Position numbers and translations under genes: made by a program. A stretch of 64,000 nucleotides of DNA from an uncultured Chroococcidiopsis sp. Lineage in GTDB: Bacteria > Cyanobacteriota > Cyanobacteriia > Cyanobacteriales > Chroococcidiopsidaceae. The notes below the pieces were generated by a model. That model ran no database searches, was not told the origin of the DNA, and saw only the letters and a program-made list of their open reading frames with translations. The stretch is taken from NCBI GenBank assembly GCA_964248365.1, contig CAXTYC010000001.1, positions 320,001 through 384,000 on the forward strand, given 5' to 3'. Shown here one piece after another: positions 50,904 to 62,489 of the stretch. Every line of letters starts with the position of its first letter. Within the stretch, counting starts at the first letter, position 1.

Positions 50904-51575
50904 ATGAGCGTTAATCCTGAGTCGGTGAAGCAAATGCTCGGAGCGGAAGATTTGGGCGATCGCTTACGAGCTGTAAATCAAATCCGAGAATTAGAAAATA
51001 AGGCGATCGCGTTTGAGCTTGTTCAAACAGCCATTAAAGATCCTAATGCCCGTGTCCGCTATTGTGCTGTTAGTCAAATGGATACCTTGGGTGGACAGGA
51101 TTTGACCATCTCTTTGAACTTGTTGCGCGATCGTCTCCTCAACGATCCAGAACCGGATGTACAAGCAGCAGCAGCAGACTGCATCGGCGCTCTTAAATTA
51201 ACTGATGCTTTTACAGACTTAGAGCAAATTTATCACAACACTTCTGAATGGTTAGTCAAGTTCAGCATCATCGCCACTTTAGGAGAATTGGGTGATCCAC
51301 GTTCATTTGAGCTACTGCAACAAGCTCTCTCCTCTGACAATGATTTAGAAAGAACTGCTGCTGTTAGCTCACTAGGTGACTTAGGAAATATGCAAGCAGT
51401 TGAGCTATTACTTCCCTACGCAAGCGATCCTGATTGGCAAATTCGCTACCGAGTTGCACAAGCTCTAGCTAAACTAGGCGGTGTCCAAGCCCAATCTACT
51501 TTAAAAACTTTGGCTCACGATCAAGTAGAAGCAGTGGCTCAGGAAGCTAAAAATGGTTTGAACTCTAGCGGTTAA
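50904..51575 (+). CDS. nblB: Phycobilisome degradation protein NblB (HEAT repeats)
   Basis: GDRLRAVNQ, HEAT repeats, EWLVKFSIIA and DWQIRYRVAQAL. Confidence 0.85.
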   Translation: MSVNPESVKQMLGAEDLGDRLRAVNQIRELENKAIAFELVQTAIKDPNARVRYCAVSQMDTLGGQDLTISLNLLRDRLLNDPEPDVQAAAADCIGALKLTDAFTDLEQIYHNTSEWLVKFSIIATLGELGDPRSFELLQQALSSDNDLERTAAVSSLGDLGNMQAVELLLPYASDPDWQIRYRVAQALAKLGGVQAQSTLKTLAHDQVEAVAQEAKNGLNSSG

Positions 51576-51651
51576 AACTACTACTAACGCTGCTGTGCCT
51601 GTGTAAATACCAATTTACTTTATTTTGGTTAAAGGTAACGAATTTGGCGAC

Positions 51652-51772
51652 AAAAAATTAATCCAGCCCTGTTTTAAAGATCCCTCAACGGGGGCGAAGA
51701 ATACTGGTGATGAGATGAGAGATGACGGGAGGAATAATTCCCCCCGTCACTCTCTCGGCTGGATTAATTTTT
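51652..51772. ncRNA. Candidate structured non-coding RNA or DNA element
   Basis: Perfect 17-bp outer inverted repeat (51652-51668 / 51756-51772) enclosing a long bulged hairpin (51717-51753). Confidence 0.45.
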
Positions 51773-52116
51773 CCAGCTTTGCCTCCGGTCAGCAGCTAAA
51801 CATCTGTCAGTTGCGATATCTTGGGAGATTCTAGCCCATGCGATCGCCTCTGTCTGAAGACGTGCTGCTTCGCGTCTACGCAATTTTAGAAGATTAATCC
51901 TTACCTGACAGGAGGAATATTCCTGCAATCGCGCCTTTGTACCTATGCCAGCCAAGAGGGTTACAATTTGAGGCACTCAAAGCAGGATTTAAGGCGTGAC
52001 ACTATCAAGTGCAGACAAGATGCAACGCTCATTTTCAAGCTTTTGTTCTGTAGGGGGAAGAAAAAGTTATCATTGCAGTGGGGTTACAAAGACTGCAATG
52101 AGCAAAGCGTGGGTTT

Positions 52117-53094
52117 ATGGACAAAGAAGCTGTGCGATCGCACTCATATTCGCCCAAACCATCAATACTTCCCACAACCTTTGCCGAAAGTGTTGCTCAA
52201 ATCAAAATTTTTGCGTTGCAGGAATTCGATCGAGAAATCGTTGACAAGCAGCTTTATTATCACACCCGCGATCATGTGAGCAATGTTGTGCGACGCACGA
52301 AGCAGATTTTTCAGACGGTTAGTGCCGATTGGAAAGTTGCATCCGACAAGCTTTTTCGGATGGAATTACTGCTCGATCTTTGTGCCGATGCCCATGATAT
52401 GGTTCAGATATTTGTTCCCCAAACTGAGGTTCACACTTCCAGAGTGCGAACGCCTGGAGTGAGTGAAATGGCAACTATTGAGCGATTGCTGGAGTATATT
52501 AACGGGTTAAACCAGCAATTGGAAAAATACGATCCTGACAGCCCAGCGAAATTAACTCATGAGGATATCACAATTATCCGAGATGCGATCGCAGCAACGA
52601 TTTGTGCCTACGATCCCACCGAGCAAGCAATTTATCAACCTGATCTTTATGACCAGAATAAATCATTATCACCAATCGCTCGTATTCTTGCCCTAGCCGA
52701 TATTGGTGCGTTAGGAATAGACGGGGTAAAAGTTTACAACCAGGAAGGAAGCCTAATTGTTTTAGAAGAAAACCTCGATCTAATTCCACTTCTTTTAAAT
52801 GGCACAATTTACACTTTAGGTTCAGACAATTCGGAGTATCACAATATCCACAAACGCTTACTCAAACGTTGCCGCTTTCAAGTAAACTTTGCTAAAAGTC
52901 GGCTTGCTAGGTTTGAGCGTGAAGTTGCAGACTTTTCACCAAATGCAATTTCAAAGCTCAGCTTAGAAGTATTTAAGTACTTAAATACTTCAACAATTCA
53001 AGAAATTGAAGCGACAACACCAACCGATGAAAACGCAACTCTTGAAGAACTACTTCAGTTTTTTCAGTTTGAGCGATATATCAACATACCTTAG
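52117..53094 (+). CDS. HD-superfamily metal-dependent phosphohydrolase, class I PDE-like motifs
   Basis: YYHTRDHV, AHD, SE, IAAT and LADIG occur in the expected order. Confidence 0.7.
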   Translation: MDKEAVRSHSYSPKPSILPTTFAESVAQIKIFALQEFDREIVDKQLYYHTRDHVSNVVRRTKQIFQTVSADWKVASDKLFRMELLLDLCADAHDMVQIFVPQTEVHTSRVRTPGVSEMATIERLLEYINGLNQQLEKYDPDSPAKLTHEDITIIRDAIAATICAYDPTEQAIYQPDLYDQNKSLSPIARILALADIGALGIDGVKVYNQEGSLIVLEENLDLIPLLLNGTIYTLGSDNSEYHNIHKRLLKRCRFQVNFAKSRLARFEREVADFSPNAISKLSLEVFKYLNTSTIQEIEATTPTDENATLEELLQFFQFERYINIP

Positions 53095-53111
53095 AAGAAT
53101 GAATATTTCAT

Positions 53112-55325
53112 TTACGAAGATTGCAATAAATTCTTCAGTTCTTGCTCTCGGTGATTGAGCCTTTCTGCCAATAAATTTACAATAAACCGATGAATATTGG
53201 ATGCTAGCAGGGGATTGGAGGCTTCAATCTGCTCAAACGCTTCGGTTGGTAAAAAATACACAGTGCTTGGTTTGTCCGCCACGACAGATGCCATGCGTAG
53301 CGTTTTGCGGTAAAGTCCCATTTCCCCAATCGTATTGCCAACCGTGTAGGTGCGAATGCGCTTGGTTTGCCCTTCACCTAATTCTAGCACTACGCTTACT
53401 TGCCCCGAATCTACAAAATATAGTCCATCAAACGGATCGCCTTGCCGGAACAAATGTTCTCCTTCAGCTAGTTGACGAATTTCCAGACATTTCATCAACT
53501 GATCGACTTGTTTTGGATCGGAAAAGTCTGCTTTTAGGTATTCGGAAAGCGATCGCGCTTCTTTTTGAGTTAGATTACTCTTTTGTAGAATTTGTTGTTC
53601 GCACCACTCAAGTCCCCGATCCAAGTCAGGAAAAACATGACAGAATGGATCGTCTGCTTCTAGGCAATCACCTTGCTTCAGGCGTTGCATCGCTTCTGAT
53701 GATAAATTGGTGAATAGCAAGTGAACCTGTTTTTGTCCGGCGACTTGCTTGAGTTTGGCAAAACTAAGAACGGCTGAAGCATCTAATCCACTTACCAGAC
53801 GAAAATCTAGGATCACATATCGAACTTCCTGCGATGTGGGATGAGCGATGCGATCGCGGATTTGGTTAAGCAATTTATTCGCTGTTCCAAAGAAAATTAG
53901 TCCTTGCAATTCCAGAATGTAAATTTGATCTCCTTCTGCTTGCAGGATATCTGTCTCTTCCTCAGTTCGCATTACATTGCTGTGATGATAAGCACCAGAG
54001 CTTACCCGTTTGGTAATTGTTAACCGACTGTAATTGATCACAAATAGTACAAACGCGGCAATCAGCCCCACTCCAATTCCCTGGAGATAGCCCAATGTAG
54101 CTGTCACTAGGACAATCAGAACGATGATTGCGTAATCTGAACGCGAAAATTTGAACCATCCCCGATAGAGCCATTCATAAAAAAATTCTATTCCTAGCAG
54201 GAGGGGAATTCCGACCAATATGAATTTAGGAATGAACGATAGCAGCGCCGCGCCACCTACTAGCATCGCTAGGCAGATTCCAGCGACTATCCCACCCACA
54301 AGGCGACGGTTTCCCCCTAAATTGCGAACGAGTGTATTCTCTCCTGTACTTGCAAATCCGCCGATACCGCCACCGATTCCCGACACGATTGTGCCAGTTC
54401 CAAACACTTTTAACTCATGATTAAGATCCAAATCGCGCCCCGCCAGTAGCTCAATTCCGTTTGCATTTAGCAACAGCGCCATAGAATCAATTAGCCACAG
54501 TGCTGCTAAACTCGGAATTTGCCTAGAAACGATCGCCCAGTCTGCCCCACCTAGAGACTGGAATGTAGTAAAGTTATAAAGACCTCCAGGAGCAATTTTC
54601 GCCAGTAGCAAACCCTGAGACTGTGCCTGTGCAATTGGGGTTCCCGTGATTGCCAACCCCACATAAAACAGTATGATCGCGCTGACAATAATCCCAGGAA
54701 TCACCAAAAAATGATCGATGCGGTGAGGCAGCGCAAACATCGCAACGGCAAAAATCAGACCAGGAACCCACTGAAGCAATACATTCGGTTGAAACAATGA
54801 CGCAATTGTGAAGTGGTGGTGATCGATTCCACTAATTGTATGGAACGCACCTAAAATTAACAGCGCTCCCGTTCCTGCCAAAAAGCCGCCCACGACTGGA
54901 TAAGGAATAAAGCGGACGAATCCACCTAGCTTAAACTGTCCTAAAGCAAGAAAAATCGTCCCAATGATTACGGTGTTGAGAATAATCGTGGCTGTAACTG
55001 TAATCAGCTTTTGCTCAAACGGAGCGTTTGCCATCTGCTCAAAGATTTGCCGAGCCACCAGACTCAGAACCGGAATGCTAGGCTCTGATACAGTCGCAAC
55101 AACGGGGGCATAGGAACTCAAACAAGTGGCGAGCGCACTCACAACCGTCGCACTAAATATAATCAGCCCAATCCCCATAGGCATAGCGGGAGAGAGTCCC
55201 CCAGAAAAAATCACTGTGCCAAACGAAGCGGCGGTGATCACGATCAACAGTCCCATTGTCGCGCCTGCGAAGGAATTCAAGACGAGACGATTTGCAGCAG
55301 GTTTGGAATGCGCTATAGTAGCCAC
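53112..55325 (-). CDS. SulP/SLC26 anion transporter with STAS and cNMP-binding domains
   Basis: RFIPYPVVGGFLAGTG; STAS motifs LQGLIFFGTA and LDASA; cNMP motifs LFRQGD, GEMGL and RMASVVA. Confidence 0.92.
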   Translation of the reverse strand: MATIAHSKPAANRLVLNSFAGATMGLLIVITAASFGTVIFSGGLSPAMPMGIGLIIFSATVVSALATCLSSYAPVVATVSEPSIPVLSLVARQIFEQMANAPFEQKLITVTATIILNTVIIGTIFLALGQFKLGGFVRFIPYPVVGGFLAGTGALLILGAFHTISGIDHHHFTIASLFQPNVLLQWVPGLIFAVAMFALPHRIDHFLVIPGIIVSAIILFYVGLAITGTPIAQAQSQGLLLAKIAPGGLYNFTTFQSLGGADWAIVSRQIPSLAALWLIDSMALLLNANGIELLAGRDLDLNHELKVFGTGTIVSGIGGGIGGFASTGENTLVRNLGGNRRLVGGIVAGICLAMLVGGAALLSFIPKFILVGIPLLLGIEFFYEWLYRGWFKFSRSDYAIIVLIVLVTATLGYLQGIGVGLIAAFVLFVINYSRLTITKRVSSGAYHHSNVMRTEEETDILQAEGDQIYILELQGLIFFGTANKLLNQIRDRIAHPTSQEVRYVILDFRLVSGLDASAVLSFAKLKQVAGQKQVHLLFTNLSSEAMQRLKQGDCLEADDPFCHVFPDLDRGLEWCEQQILQKSNLTQKEARSLSEYLKADFSDPKQVDQLMKCLEIRQLAEGEHLFRQGDPFDGLYFVDSGQVSVVLELGEGQTKRIRTYTVGNTIGEMGLYRKTLRMASVVADKPSTVYFLPTEAFEQIEASNPLLASNIHRFIVNLLAERLNHREQELKNLLQSS

Positions 55326-55500
55326 TTTTTATCGAATTGCAGAATGTGATAGCATTTTTGCATAACTTTTTCATAATACAAGTATTCTGAAGCGACCCGT
55401 TCACATCAAGCTGTAACATCTTCCTTAAGACATAACCTTGAAGGCTGGGATTGAGAATTAAGTTTATTAAGATCATGCGGGTTGATGGGAACTTCTAACT

Positions 55501-56964
55501 ATGCAATTGCAATCAGCACTCGACTGGACAATCGCGCAAGCTAAACATCTTTTTCAAGCTTTATTAAACTTCTTTAATATCAGTTTGTTTACGTTTGGCG
55601 GAGAGAAATTTTCCTTTAAATCGATTACCGAATTAATTATTCAAGCGATCGCAGTAGTGCTGATTGCAGGCGCAATTAAGCAACTGCTAAAACAACGAAT
55701 TCTGCCTCGCTTTGGTTTGGAGGTTGGCACACGGGAATCACTTTCGGCAATTACAAGCTATATCGTTACGATTATCGGTTTTTTATTTGTTCTGCAAACA
55801 GCCGGAATTAACCTGAGTACTCTTGCTGTATTTGCTGGGGCGCTGGGAATTGGATTTGGAATTGGACTGCAAAATTTAGCTAGTAATTTCATTAGTGGTC
55901 TGACTTTACTGTTTGAACAACCGATCAAAGTGGGTGATTATGTTGAAGTTGATAATTTAGCCGGAACGGTTGAACAAATCGCCATTCGTTCTACTACGAT
56001 TCGCACCATTAACGGCGTGTTTGTAATTGTGCCAAACAGTCGTTTTCTCGACAACAATGTGGTAAACTGGAGTTACCGCGATCCGAAATGTCGGATTGTG
56101 ATTCCCGTTCGGGTGACAGAAGAGAGCGACTCGCTCACAGTGATGGAAGCCTTGCTGTGCGCTGCCCGTCAAGAATCTAGAGTTTTATCGTCTCCATGCC
56201 CAGAAGTATACTTCAAAGGTCCTAAAAAAGATACTTTGAGGTTTGAACTGTTGGTTTGGATTTCCAATCCCGTAGAGATGGATTCGATCAAAAGTGCATT
56301 GCAATTTCTGATTGAGGCAGAATTCCGCGATCGCGCTATTGACACCAAAATAGCCGAGTCACTCGTGCTGGAAAATCTGCCTTCCCTGGCGGCGTTGCTT
56401 CAACCGTCAAGTGGGGGGGCGACGAATGGAACACAGAGCAATGCGATCGCATCAGAAAAACCGATTGGCGGCTGGATGTTGCGCGATCTGCTGCGAAAAG
56501 TCAGCTATTTTCAACAATGCGGTGATATTGAACTGCGGCAAGTGATTGAGAAGGGATACCGCAAGAAGCTAGCAAGCGGTGAAATCATTTGCCGCGAAAA
56601 CGATCCTGGTGATTCATTCTATATCATCCTGTCAGGTTCGGTCGAAGTGTTTGTCGAATCAATCGCCAAACAAGTTGCGATTCGCAGATCTGGAGAGTTT
56701 ATTGGGGAAATGTCGCTGCTGATGGGTACTCCCCGACTGGCAACGCTTCGGACGTTAGAAGAAACTATTTTGTTTGTAGTCGATCGTGATAACCTGCAAA
56801 GCCTGCTAAAAAATCATCACGACTTAGCAGACAAAATTGCCGAAGAATTATCCCAACGTCAGGAAGCTTTGAAAAGCTTGGGCATTACGATTGGCACAGC
56901 AACCCCAGAAGAAACGCCGTTTACCCAAATCCGCAAACGAATTGGAGCGATTTTCGGGATTTGA
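55501..56964 (+). CDS. MscS mechanosensitive channel with a C-terminal cNMP-binding domain
   Basis: GIGFGIGLQNLASNFISG, VGDYVEV and VPNS; cNMP motifs ENDPGDSFYII, GEMSLL and RLAT. Confidence 0.92.
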   Translation: MQLQSALDWTIAQAKHLFQALLNFFNISLFTFGGEKFSFKSITELIIQAIAVVLIAGAIKQLLKQRILPRFGLEVGTRESLSAITSYIVTIIGFLFVLQTAGINLSTLAVFAGALGIGFGIGLQNLASNFISGLTLLFEQPIKVGDYVEVDNLAGTVEQIAIRSTTIRTINGVFVIVPNSRFLDNNVVNWSYRDPKCRIVIPVRVTEESDSLTVMEALLCAARQESRVLSSPCPEVYFKGPKKDTLRFELLVWISNPVEMDSIKSALQFLIEAEFRDRAIDTKIAESLVLENLPSLAALLQPSSGGATNGTQSNAIASEKPIGGWMLRDLLRKVSYFQQCGDIELRQVIEKGYRKKLASGEIICRENDPGDSFYIILSGSVEVFVESIAKQVAIRRSGEFIGEMSLLMGTPRLATLRTLEETILFVVDRDNLQSLLKNHHDLADKIAEELSQRQEALKSLGITIGTATPEETPFTQIRKRIGAIFGI

Positions 56965-57254
56965 AAAGAAAGCTGTTAGCTGGCGCGCTGGTAATTGGTA
57001 GTCGGTAGTTGGTAGTTGGTAATTGGTAATTGGTAAAAGGGGAAAGGGTAAAAGGGTAAAGAGGTATTGCGGTAAAGGTGAAAGGTATTTTCTCCTTCAG
57101 CTCCCTCAGCCTCCTCAGCCTCCTGATCTCCCCCTACTTTCTTCTAGCCTTGGGGAGGAAGTCAAGCAGAATCGATTGGATTTACACTTTAATTGGTATG
57201 CTTTGCCAATAGTGCCAGGTAAAGTTTTAGTCTGAGGCGATGTCACGATAAGCA

Positions 57255-57737
57255 ATGCTAATGCTACTGTTTCATGCTGGAGACAACCTTTACGCCTTAG
57301 ACAGTTCTCAAGTCGTCGAGGTGCTTCCAATGGTCGTGCTCAGAAAAATTCAGCACGTTCCAGATTACGTTGCTGGAGTTTTCAACTATCGCGGCAGTAT
57401 TATTCCCGTCATTGACCTGTGCTATCTGATTCAAGGAACAGCTTGCCGCCCCCGTTATAGCACCCGCATTATCATAGTCAATCATACTACAAAAGACGGC
57501 AGAGAGCATCGTTTAGGGCTGATGGCAGAACGAGTAACGGAAACCTTGAGCCGACCTGATCTTGACCGAAAAAACGTTGAACGAGTGAACAATAATGTGT
57601 CCTACCTGGGAGAAATGTTTATGGATGAAAAGGGCATGATTCAACTGGTTCACTGGGAGCATTTGATCGCGGAAGTCCAACAGGCATCTTTATTAGCCGG
57701 AGGAAACATTCAGACGAATGGTGCAAGCAGCAATTGA
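57255..57737 (+). CDS. cheW: CheW (WspB-like)
   Basis: Motifs VVEVLP, VAGVFNYRGSIIPVIDL and LGLMAERVTET. Confidence 0.9.
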   Translation: MLMLLFHAGDNLYALDSSQVVEVLPMVVLRKIQHVPDYVAGVFNYRGSIIPVIDLCYLIQGTACRPRYSTRIIIVNHTTKDGREHRLGLMAERVTETLSRPDLDRKNVERVNNNVSYLGEMFMDEKGMIQLVHWEHLIAEVQQASLLAGGNIQTNGASSN

Positions 57738-58932
57738 GACAATGCTGAGGCAGAAAATTGGCTTAGATGCTAACAGCATCGGTTCTAGAACGATCGCCAG
57801 AGCAGTTGAGCAAAGGCGATTAGCTTGTGCCTTGCCCAATCAAACGTCTTACCTACATCGCTTGCAGACATCAGCTCAAGAACTGCAAGAACTGATCGAA
57901 AGCGTAGTCGTTCCAGAAACTTGGTTTTTTCGAGACAAAGAACCCTTTATATATCTGAGTCAGTACGTCAAAACCGAGTGGCTAAAAGCAAATTCGAGCA
58001 TTCTGCGCGTTCTGAGTGTACCTTGTTCAACCGGAGAAGAACCATTATCGATCGCCATGACGCTGTTAGATTCTGGTTTGACTGCTCGCCAGTTTTGCAT
58101 AGATGCGGTTGACATTAGCAAACGTGCCTTGCTCAAAGCGCAACAAGGCATCTATAGCAAAAGATCCTTTCGCGGCGGTGACGGTTTCAAGGCTCAAGGG
58201 CGCTACTTTCAGGAAGTTGCAGGCGGGTATCAAGTCCGCCCGATCGTCCGCGAAAGGGTAAAATTTATGCATGGTAATCTTTTAAAGCCAGACTTTTTAT
58301 CCCAGAGCAAATACCACATTATTTTCTGCCGCAATCTATTGATTTACCTGGATGATGCTGCTCGGAGCCAAGCGATCCAAGCATTAGATCGCGCATTAGC
58401 TCCTGGTGGTTTATTGTTTGTGGGAGCAGCAGAAACAGCGCAAATCACCGCCAAACACTTTACACGTATTCGTCATGGGTTCGCGTTTGCTTTTTGCAAA
58501 GAAAATCGCGCCTCTGTGCCAGATGTTAAGCCAAAGGCGATCGCCCAGGCGGTTAAAGTCAACGCCCCCGAAACTCTTGCGCCCCCGAACCCTCAAATTG
58601 CTCAACCTGTTCGTACCCAATCATCGTCCAAACTTGAAATTGCTAAACAATTAGCCGATCGCGGACAATTGGCAGAGGCAGCCACGAATTGCGAATCTTA
58701 TTTAAGTGTAAACCGCACCGATGCCCCAGCATATATTTTGTTGGGCGAAATCTATCAAGCACTCAACCAACTTGAAAGAGCAGAACAGTCCTTTCAAAGA
58801 GCGATTTATCTCAACCCCCATTCTATTGAAGCCTTAATTCATCTAGCACTGTTGAAAGAACAACGAGGCGATCGCGCTCGATCAGAAATCTTAAGGCAGC
58901 GCGTTCAACGGCTGCTCAAAATTCAGAAATAA
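57718..58932 (+). CDS. cheR: CheR methyltransferase with TPR (WspC-like)
   Basis: VVVPETWFFRD, PCSTGEEP and IFCRNLLIY; C-terminal TPR with RAIYLNP...EAL.HLALL. Confidence 0.92.
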   Translation: MVQAAIETMLRQKIGLDANSIGSRTIARAVEQRRLACALPNQTSYLHRLQTSAQELQELIESVVVPETWFFRDKEPFIYLSQYVKTEWLKANSSILRVLSVPCSTGEEPLSIAMTLLDSGLTARQFCIDAVDISKRALLKAQQGIYSKRSFRGGDGFKAQGRYFQEVAGGYQVRPIVRERVKFMHGNLLKPDFLSQSKYHIIFCRNLLIYLDDAARSQAIQALDRALAPGGLLFVGAAETAQITAKHFTRIRHGFAFAFCKENRASVPDVKPKAIAQAVKVNAPETLAPPNPQIAQPVRTQSSSKLEIAKQLADRGQLAEAATNCESYLSVNRTDAPAYILLGEIYQALNQLERAEQSFQRAIYLNPHSIEALIHLALLKEQRGDRARSEILRQRVQRLLKIQK

Positions 58933-58956
58933 GCGTTTTAACAACGGTTCTTTGCG

Positions 58957-60552
58957 ATGTGGAATCGAATCACAAATCGGATTTTACTTGGCTACTCAAT
59001 CCCCCTTTTGTTTCTGCTGGCATTGAGTGCAATAGTTTACTCTTCTACCGCGAATGCATTCAAATTGCAACAAGAGGCGGATCGAACCGAAGGAATCATT
59101 AGGAATACCGATGCAATGGTAGATGGAGTCAATCGGATGATTGGCGGCACACGCGGCTACCTAATTTTCCCCAACAATCAGTCTTACCTGGATGCTTATA
59201 ACGAAGGGCGCGAAGTGTTTGTGGAAAAAAGTAAAAGTCTGGCAGCCATTTCTGATCCTCAAACACGAGAACTTGTGAATGATCTGTATCAATTGGCTGA
59301 AAATTACGATCAAATTTCGCGGAACGTTATACAGTTGGTTAATCAGAACAACCTAGACCAAGCGAGGGTGGAAGCGAGCAAACCTCGCATCCGAGAAGTG
59401 ATCGATCGCCGCGATCGGCTCGTCACCGCTCTACAAACTCAACTGAATCAAACTTCTCAAGCTGTGAGAAACTCTCAGCAGTTTTTGCTGGGGCTAATTA
59501 TCTTCGGCACAGCACTAACGATTCTGGCAACGATCCTGGCTGGGTTGTGGACTACGTTGCCCCTCAAACGGCAACTTCCCAAAGTCGTGAATGCGGCAAC
59601 TGCGATCGCAGATGGAGATCTCACTCACGAAATTAGAGTTACAAGAGATAGAACTGAAGTAGGGCAATTGCTCAGAGCGTTTCAAAACATGACCAAAAAT
59701 TTGAATTCTTTGATCGCTCAAGCGCAAAAGTCGGGAATTCAAATCAGTACGTCAACGACTCAAATTGCCGCCGCCGGTAGACAGCTAGAAGCAACCGTAA
59801 ATCAGCAAGCTGCCTCTATGCACGAAGTGAATGCAACCTCTCGCCAAATTGCGCTAACGGCTGGCGACTTGGTGAAGGCGATGGACGATGTAGCTCGAAC
59901 GGCTCTGGCGACAACTGAAGCAGCATCAAAAAGCCAAAACAATTTAGAAAAAATTCAAGCGGCAATGCAAAATTTAGTGCTGGCAACAAACTCAATTTGC
60001 TCAAAACTGAAAATAATGGATGAAAAAGCGAACAATATCAACAACGTTGTCACTACGATTACCAAAGTAGCCGATCAAACAAATTTATTGTCTCTCAATG
60101 CGGCGATCGAAGCCGAAAAAGCAGGCGAGTACGGTGCAGGATTTGCCGTAGTAGCACGAGAAATTCGCCGTCTGGCAGATCAATCGGCGGTTGCTACCTT
60201 AGAAATTGAACAAATGGTCAAACAGATGCAATCTAGTGTATCGACAGGCGTGATGGAGGTGGATAAATTCAGCTCTGAAGTTGCACAATATGTCGAAGAT
60301 GTCGGCACGATCAGTGTCCAAATCGCTGGTTTCATCCAAAATGTGCAGTCTTTGGCTCCCCAGTTTGGAGTTGTTAGCCAGAGTATGGATGAGCAATATC
60401 GTGGGGCGGAACAAATTAGTATAGCGATCGCCCAACTAAGTGAGGCTTCTGCTCAGACAGTACAATCTTTGCAGGAAACGAATAACGCGCTCTCGCAGCT
60501 TGATGATGCCGCCCAAGGCTTACAGCGAGAAATTTCCCAATTTAAGGTATAA
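58957..60552 (+). CDS. Methyl-accepting chemotaxis protein (WspA-like), CHASE3-like sensor
   Basis: Two TM helices, RGYLI, HAMP domain and [27 protein letters not shown]. Confidence 0.93.
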   Translation: MWNRITNRILLGYSIPLLFLLALSAIVYSSTANAFKLQQEADRTEGIIRNTDAMVDGVNRMIGGTRGYLIFPNNQSYLDAYNEGREVFVEKSKSLAAISDPQTRELVNDLYQLAENYDQISRNVIQLVNQNNLDQARVEASKPRIREVIDRRDRLVTALQTQLNQTSQAVRNSQQFLLGLIIFGTALTILATILAGLWTTLPLKRQLPKVVNAATAIADGDLTHEIRVTRDRTEVGQLLRAFQNMTKNLNSLIAQAQKSGIQISTSTTQIAAAGRQLEATVNQQAASMHEVNATSRQIALTAGDLVKAMDDVARTALATTEAASKSQNNLEKIQAAMQNLVLATNSICSKLKIMDEKANNINNVVTTITKVADQTNLLSLNAAIEAEKAGEYGAGFAVVAREIRRLADQSAVATLEIEQMVKQMQSSVSTGVMEVDKFSSEVAQYVEDVGTISVQIAGFIQNVQSLAPQFGVVSQSMDEQYRGAEQISIAIAQLSEASAQTVQSLQETNNALSQLDDAAQGLQREISQFKV

Positions 60553-60612
60553 ATGGAAACAATTACGCCTCATCAGGTAAATGATTGCTCAAATCACATC
60601 AGTGTAGAGAGC
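60553..60612 (+). pseudogene. 5' remnant of cheW (duplication scar)
   Basis: ATGGAAACAA...CATCAGGTAAATGATTGC...GTAGAG matches 62490-62549. Confidence 0.8.
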
Positions 60613-60872
60613 AGGGGGAGCAGGAGGGACAGGGGGGCTTTTGGGGAGATGGACAAGATGAAGAATTAACTATTCTGTCTTGTGCCTTGTGTCTTCTGTC
60701 TTCTGACTCCTGACTCCTTTCCCCTTTACCGCAATACCTCTTTTCTTTTAACTGGTAACTGGTAACTGGTAACTAGTAACTGATTTCCCTTCCTCCTTCC
60801 CCAATAGGATAGATCTATACTTTGATAGATCCTCTCTACTTTAGAAATGGGTCATGGTGAGCTGGTTTGCAT

Positions 60873-62489
60873 ATGTTGAATCGCTGGAAAATTAGCACCC
60901 AAATTGCTGCGGGGTTTACCCTGGGCTTAGCGGTCTTTACAATAATCGGTATTATTTCATACCGAGGTACAGAGCAGCTCATTTCAACCGCTCGTCAAGA
61001 GAAGCACACCTATCAGGTGTTGGGTGAGTTAGAAGAAATTCTTTCGTTGATGAAAGATGCGGAAACGGGGCAACGAGGATATCTGCTGACAAGTGATAAT
61101 CGCTATCTCGATCCATACAATCAAGCGCGAACTGCGATTGGGGCAAGAATTGGCACACTCAGGGGTTTAGTCCAAGACAATCCGAATCAACAAAGCTATC
61201 TTCAAACCCTAGAACCTTTAGTCACTCAAAAACTAGCTGAACTCGATACTACAATTCGTCTCAAACAAACTGAGGGAACAAACGCCGCGCTAAAAGTCGT
61301 CCAAACCGATCAAGGTAAGCGTTTGATGGATCAAATCCGAGATATAGTGTCCCGTATGAAAGCGGTCGAGCGGGATTTATTGCAAAGGCGATCCCAAGAC
61401 GCTGAAGTTTCTGCTCGTCACACCTTGGATAGCGTGATCTACGGGATGCTGTTTGGTATTTTGCTCCTTACTCTCATCGGCATAGTTCTAAATCGTCAGA
61501 TTACACAGTCGCTTAATCGCGTCTCAAAAATTGCTGCTCAGATCGCGGCTGGGGATTTAACTCAAGAAATTGAAGTTACAAAAGATACCACTGAAGTAGG
61601 GCAACTGCTGGCAGCGTTTCAAAACATGACTAAAAGTTTGAATTCTTTGATTACTCAAGCGCAAAAGTCGGGAATTCAAATTAGTTCGTCAACGACTCAC
61701 ATTGCCGCCGCCGGCAGAGAGCTAGAAGCAACGGTAAATCAGCAAGCTGCTTCGATGCACGAAGTCAAAGCAACCACTCGGCAAATAGCGGCAACGGCTG
61801 GCAACTTGGCGAAAGGAATGGACGATGTAGCTCGAACGGCTCTGGCGACAACCGCAGCAGCATCGAACAGCCAAAACAATTTAGAAAAAATTCAAGCAGC
61901 AATGCAAAATTTAGTGCTGGCAACAAACTCAATTTCCACAAAATTGAGAATTATGGATGAAAAAGCGAACAATATCAACAACGTTGTCACCACGATTACC
62001 AAAGTAGCCGATCAAACAAATTTATTGTCTCTCAATGCGGCGATCGAAGCCGAAAAAGCAGGCGAGTACGGTGCAGGATTTGCCGTAGTAGCACGAGAAA
62101 TTCGCCGTCTGGCAGATCAATCGGCGGTTGCTACCTTAGAAATTGAACAAATGGTCAAACAGATGCAATCTAGTGTATCGACAGGCGTGATGGAGGTGGA
62201 TAAATTCAGCTCTGAAGTTGCACAATATGTCGAAGATGTCGGCACGATCAGTGTCCAAATCGCTGGTTTCATCCAAAATGTGCAGTCTTTGGCTCCCCAG
62301 TTTGGAGTTGTTAGCCAGAGTATGGATGAGCAATATCGTGGGGCGGAACAAATTAGTATAGCGATCGCCCAACTAAGTGAGGCTTCTGCTCAGACAGTAC
62401 AATCTTTGCAGGAAACGAATAACGCGCTCTCGCAGCTTGATGATGCCGCCCAAGGCTTACAGCGAGAAATTTCCCAATTTAAGGTATAA
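60873..62489 (+). CDS. Methyl-accepting chemotaxis protein (WspA-like) with CHASE3 domain
   Basis: CHASE3 motifs [17 protein letters not shown] and GKRLMDQIR; signalling domain near-identical to the upstream MCP. Confidence 0.93.
   Translation: MLNRWKISTQIAAGFTLGLAVFTIIGIISYRGTEQLISTARQEKHTYQVLGELEEILSLMKDAETGQRGYLLTSDNRYLDPYNQARTAIGARIGTLRGLVQDNPNQQSYLQTLEPLVTQKLAELDTTIRLKQTEGTNAALKVVQTDQGKRLMDQIRDIVSRMKAVERDLLQRRSQDAEVSARHTLDSVIYGMLFGILLLTLIGIVLNRQITQSLNRVSKIAAQIAAGDLTQEIEVTKDTTEVGQLLAAFQNMTKSLNSLITQAQKSGIQISSSTTHIAAAGRELEATVNQQAASMHEVKATTRQIAATAGNLAKGMDDVARTALATTAAASNSQNNLEKIQAAMQNLVLATNSISTKLRIMDEKANNINNVVTTITKVADQTNLLSLNAAIEAEKAGEYGAGFAVVAREIRRLADQSAVATLEIEQMVKQMQSSVSTGVMEVDKFSSEVAQYVEDVGTISVQIAGFIQNVQSLAPQFGVVSQSMDEQYRGAEQISIAIAQLSEASAQTVQSLQETNNALSQLDDAAQGLQREISQFKV

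Noticed and set aside
51625..52279. Short ORFs in the nblB to HD-gene interval
   Set aside because: They have no recognisable motifs and overlap each other; the region is better explained as structured non-coding or promoter sequence.
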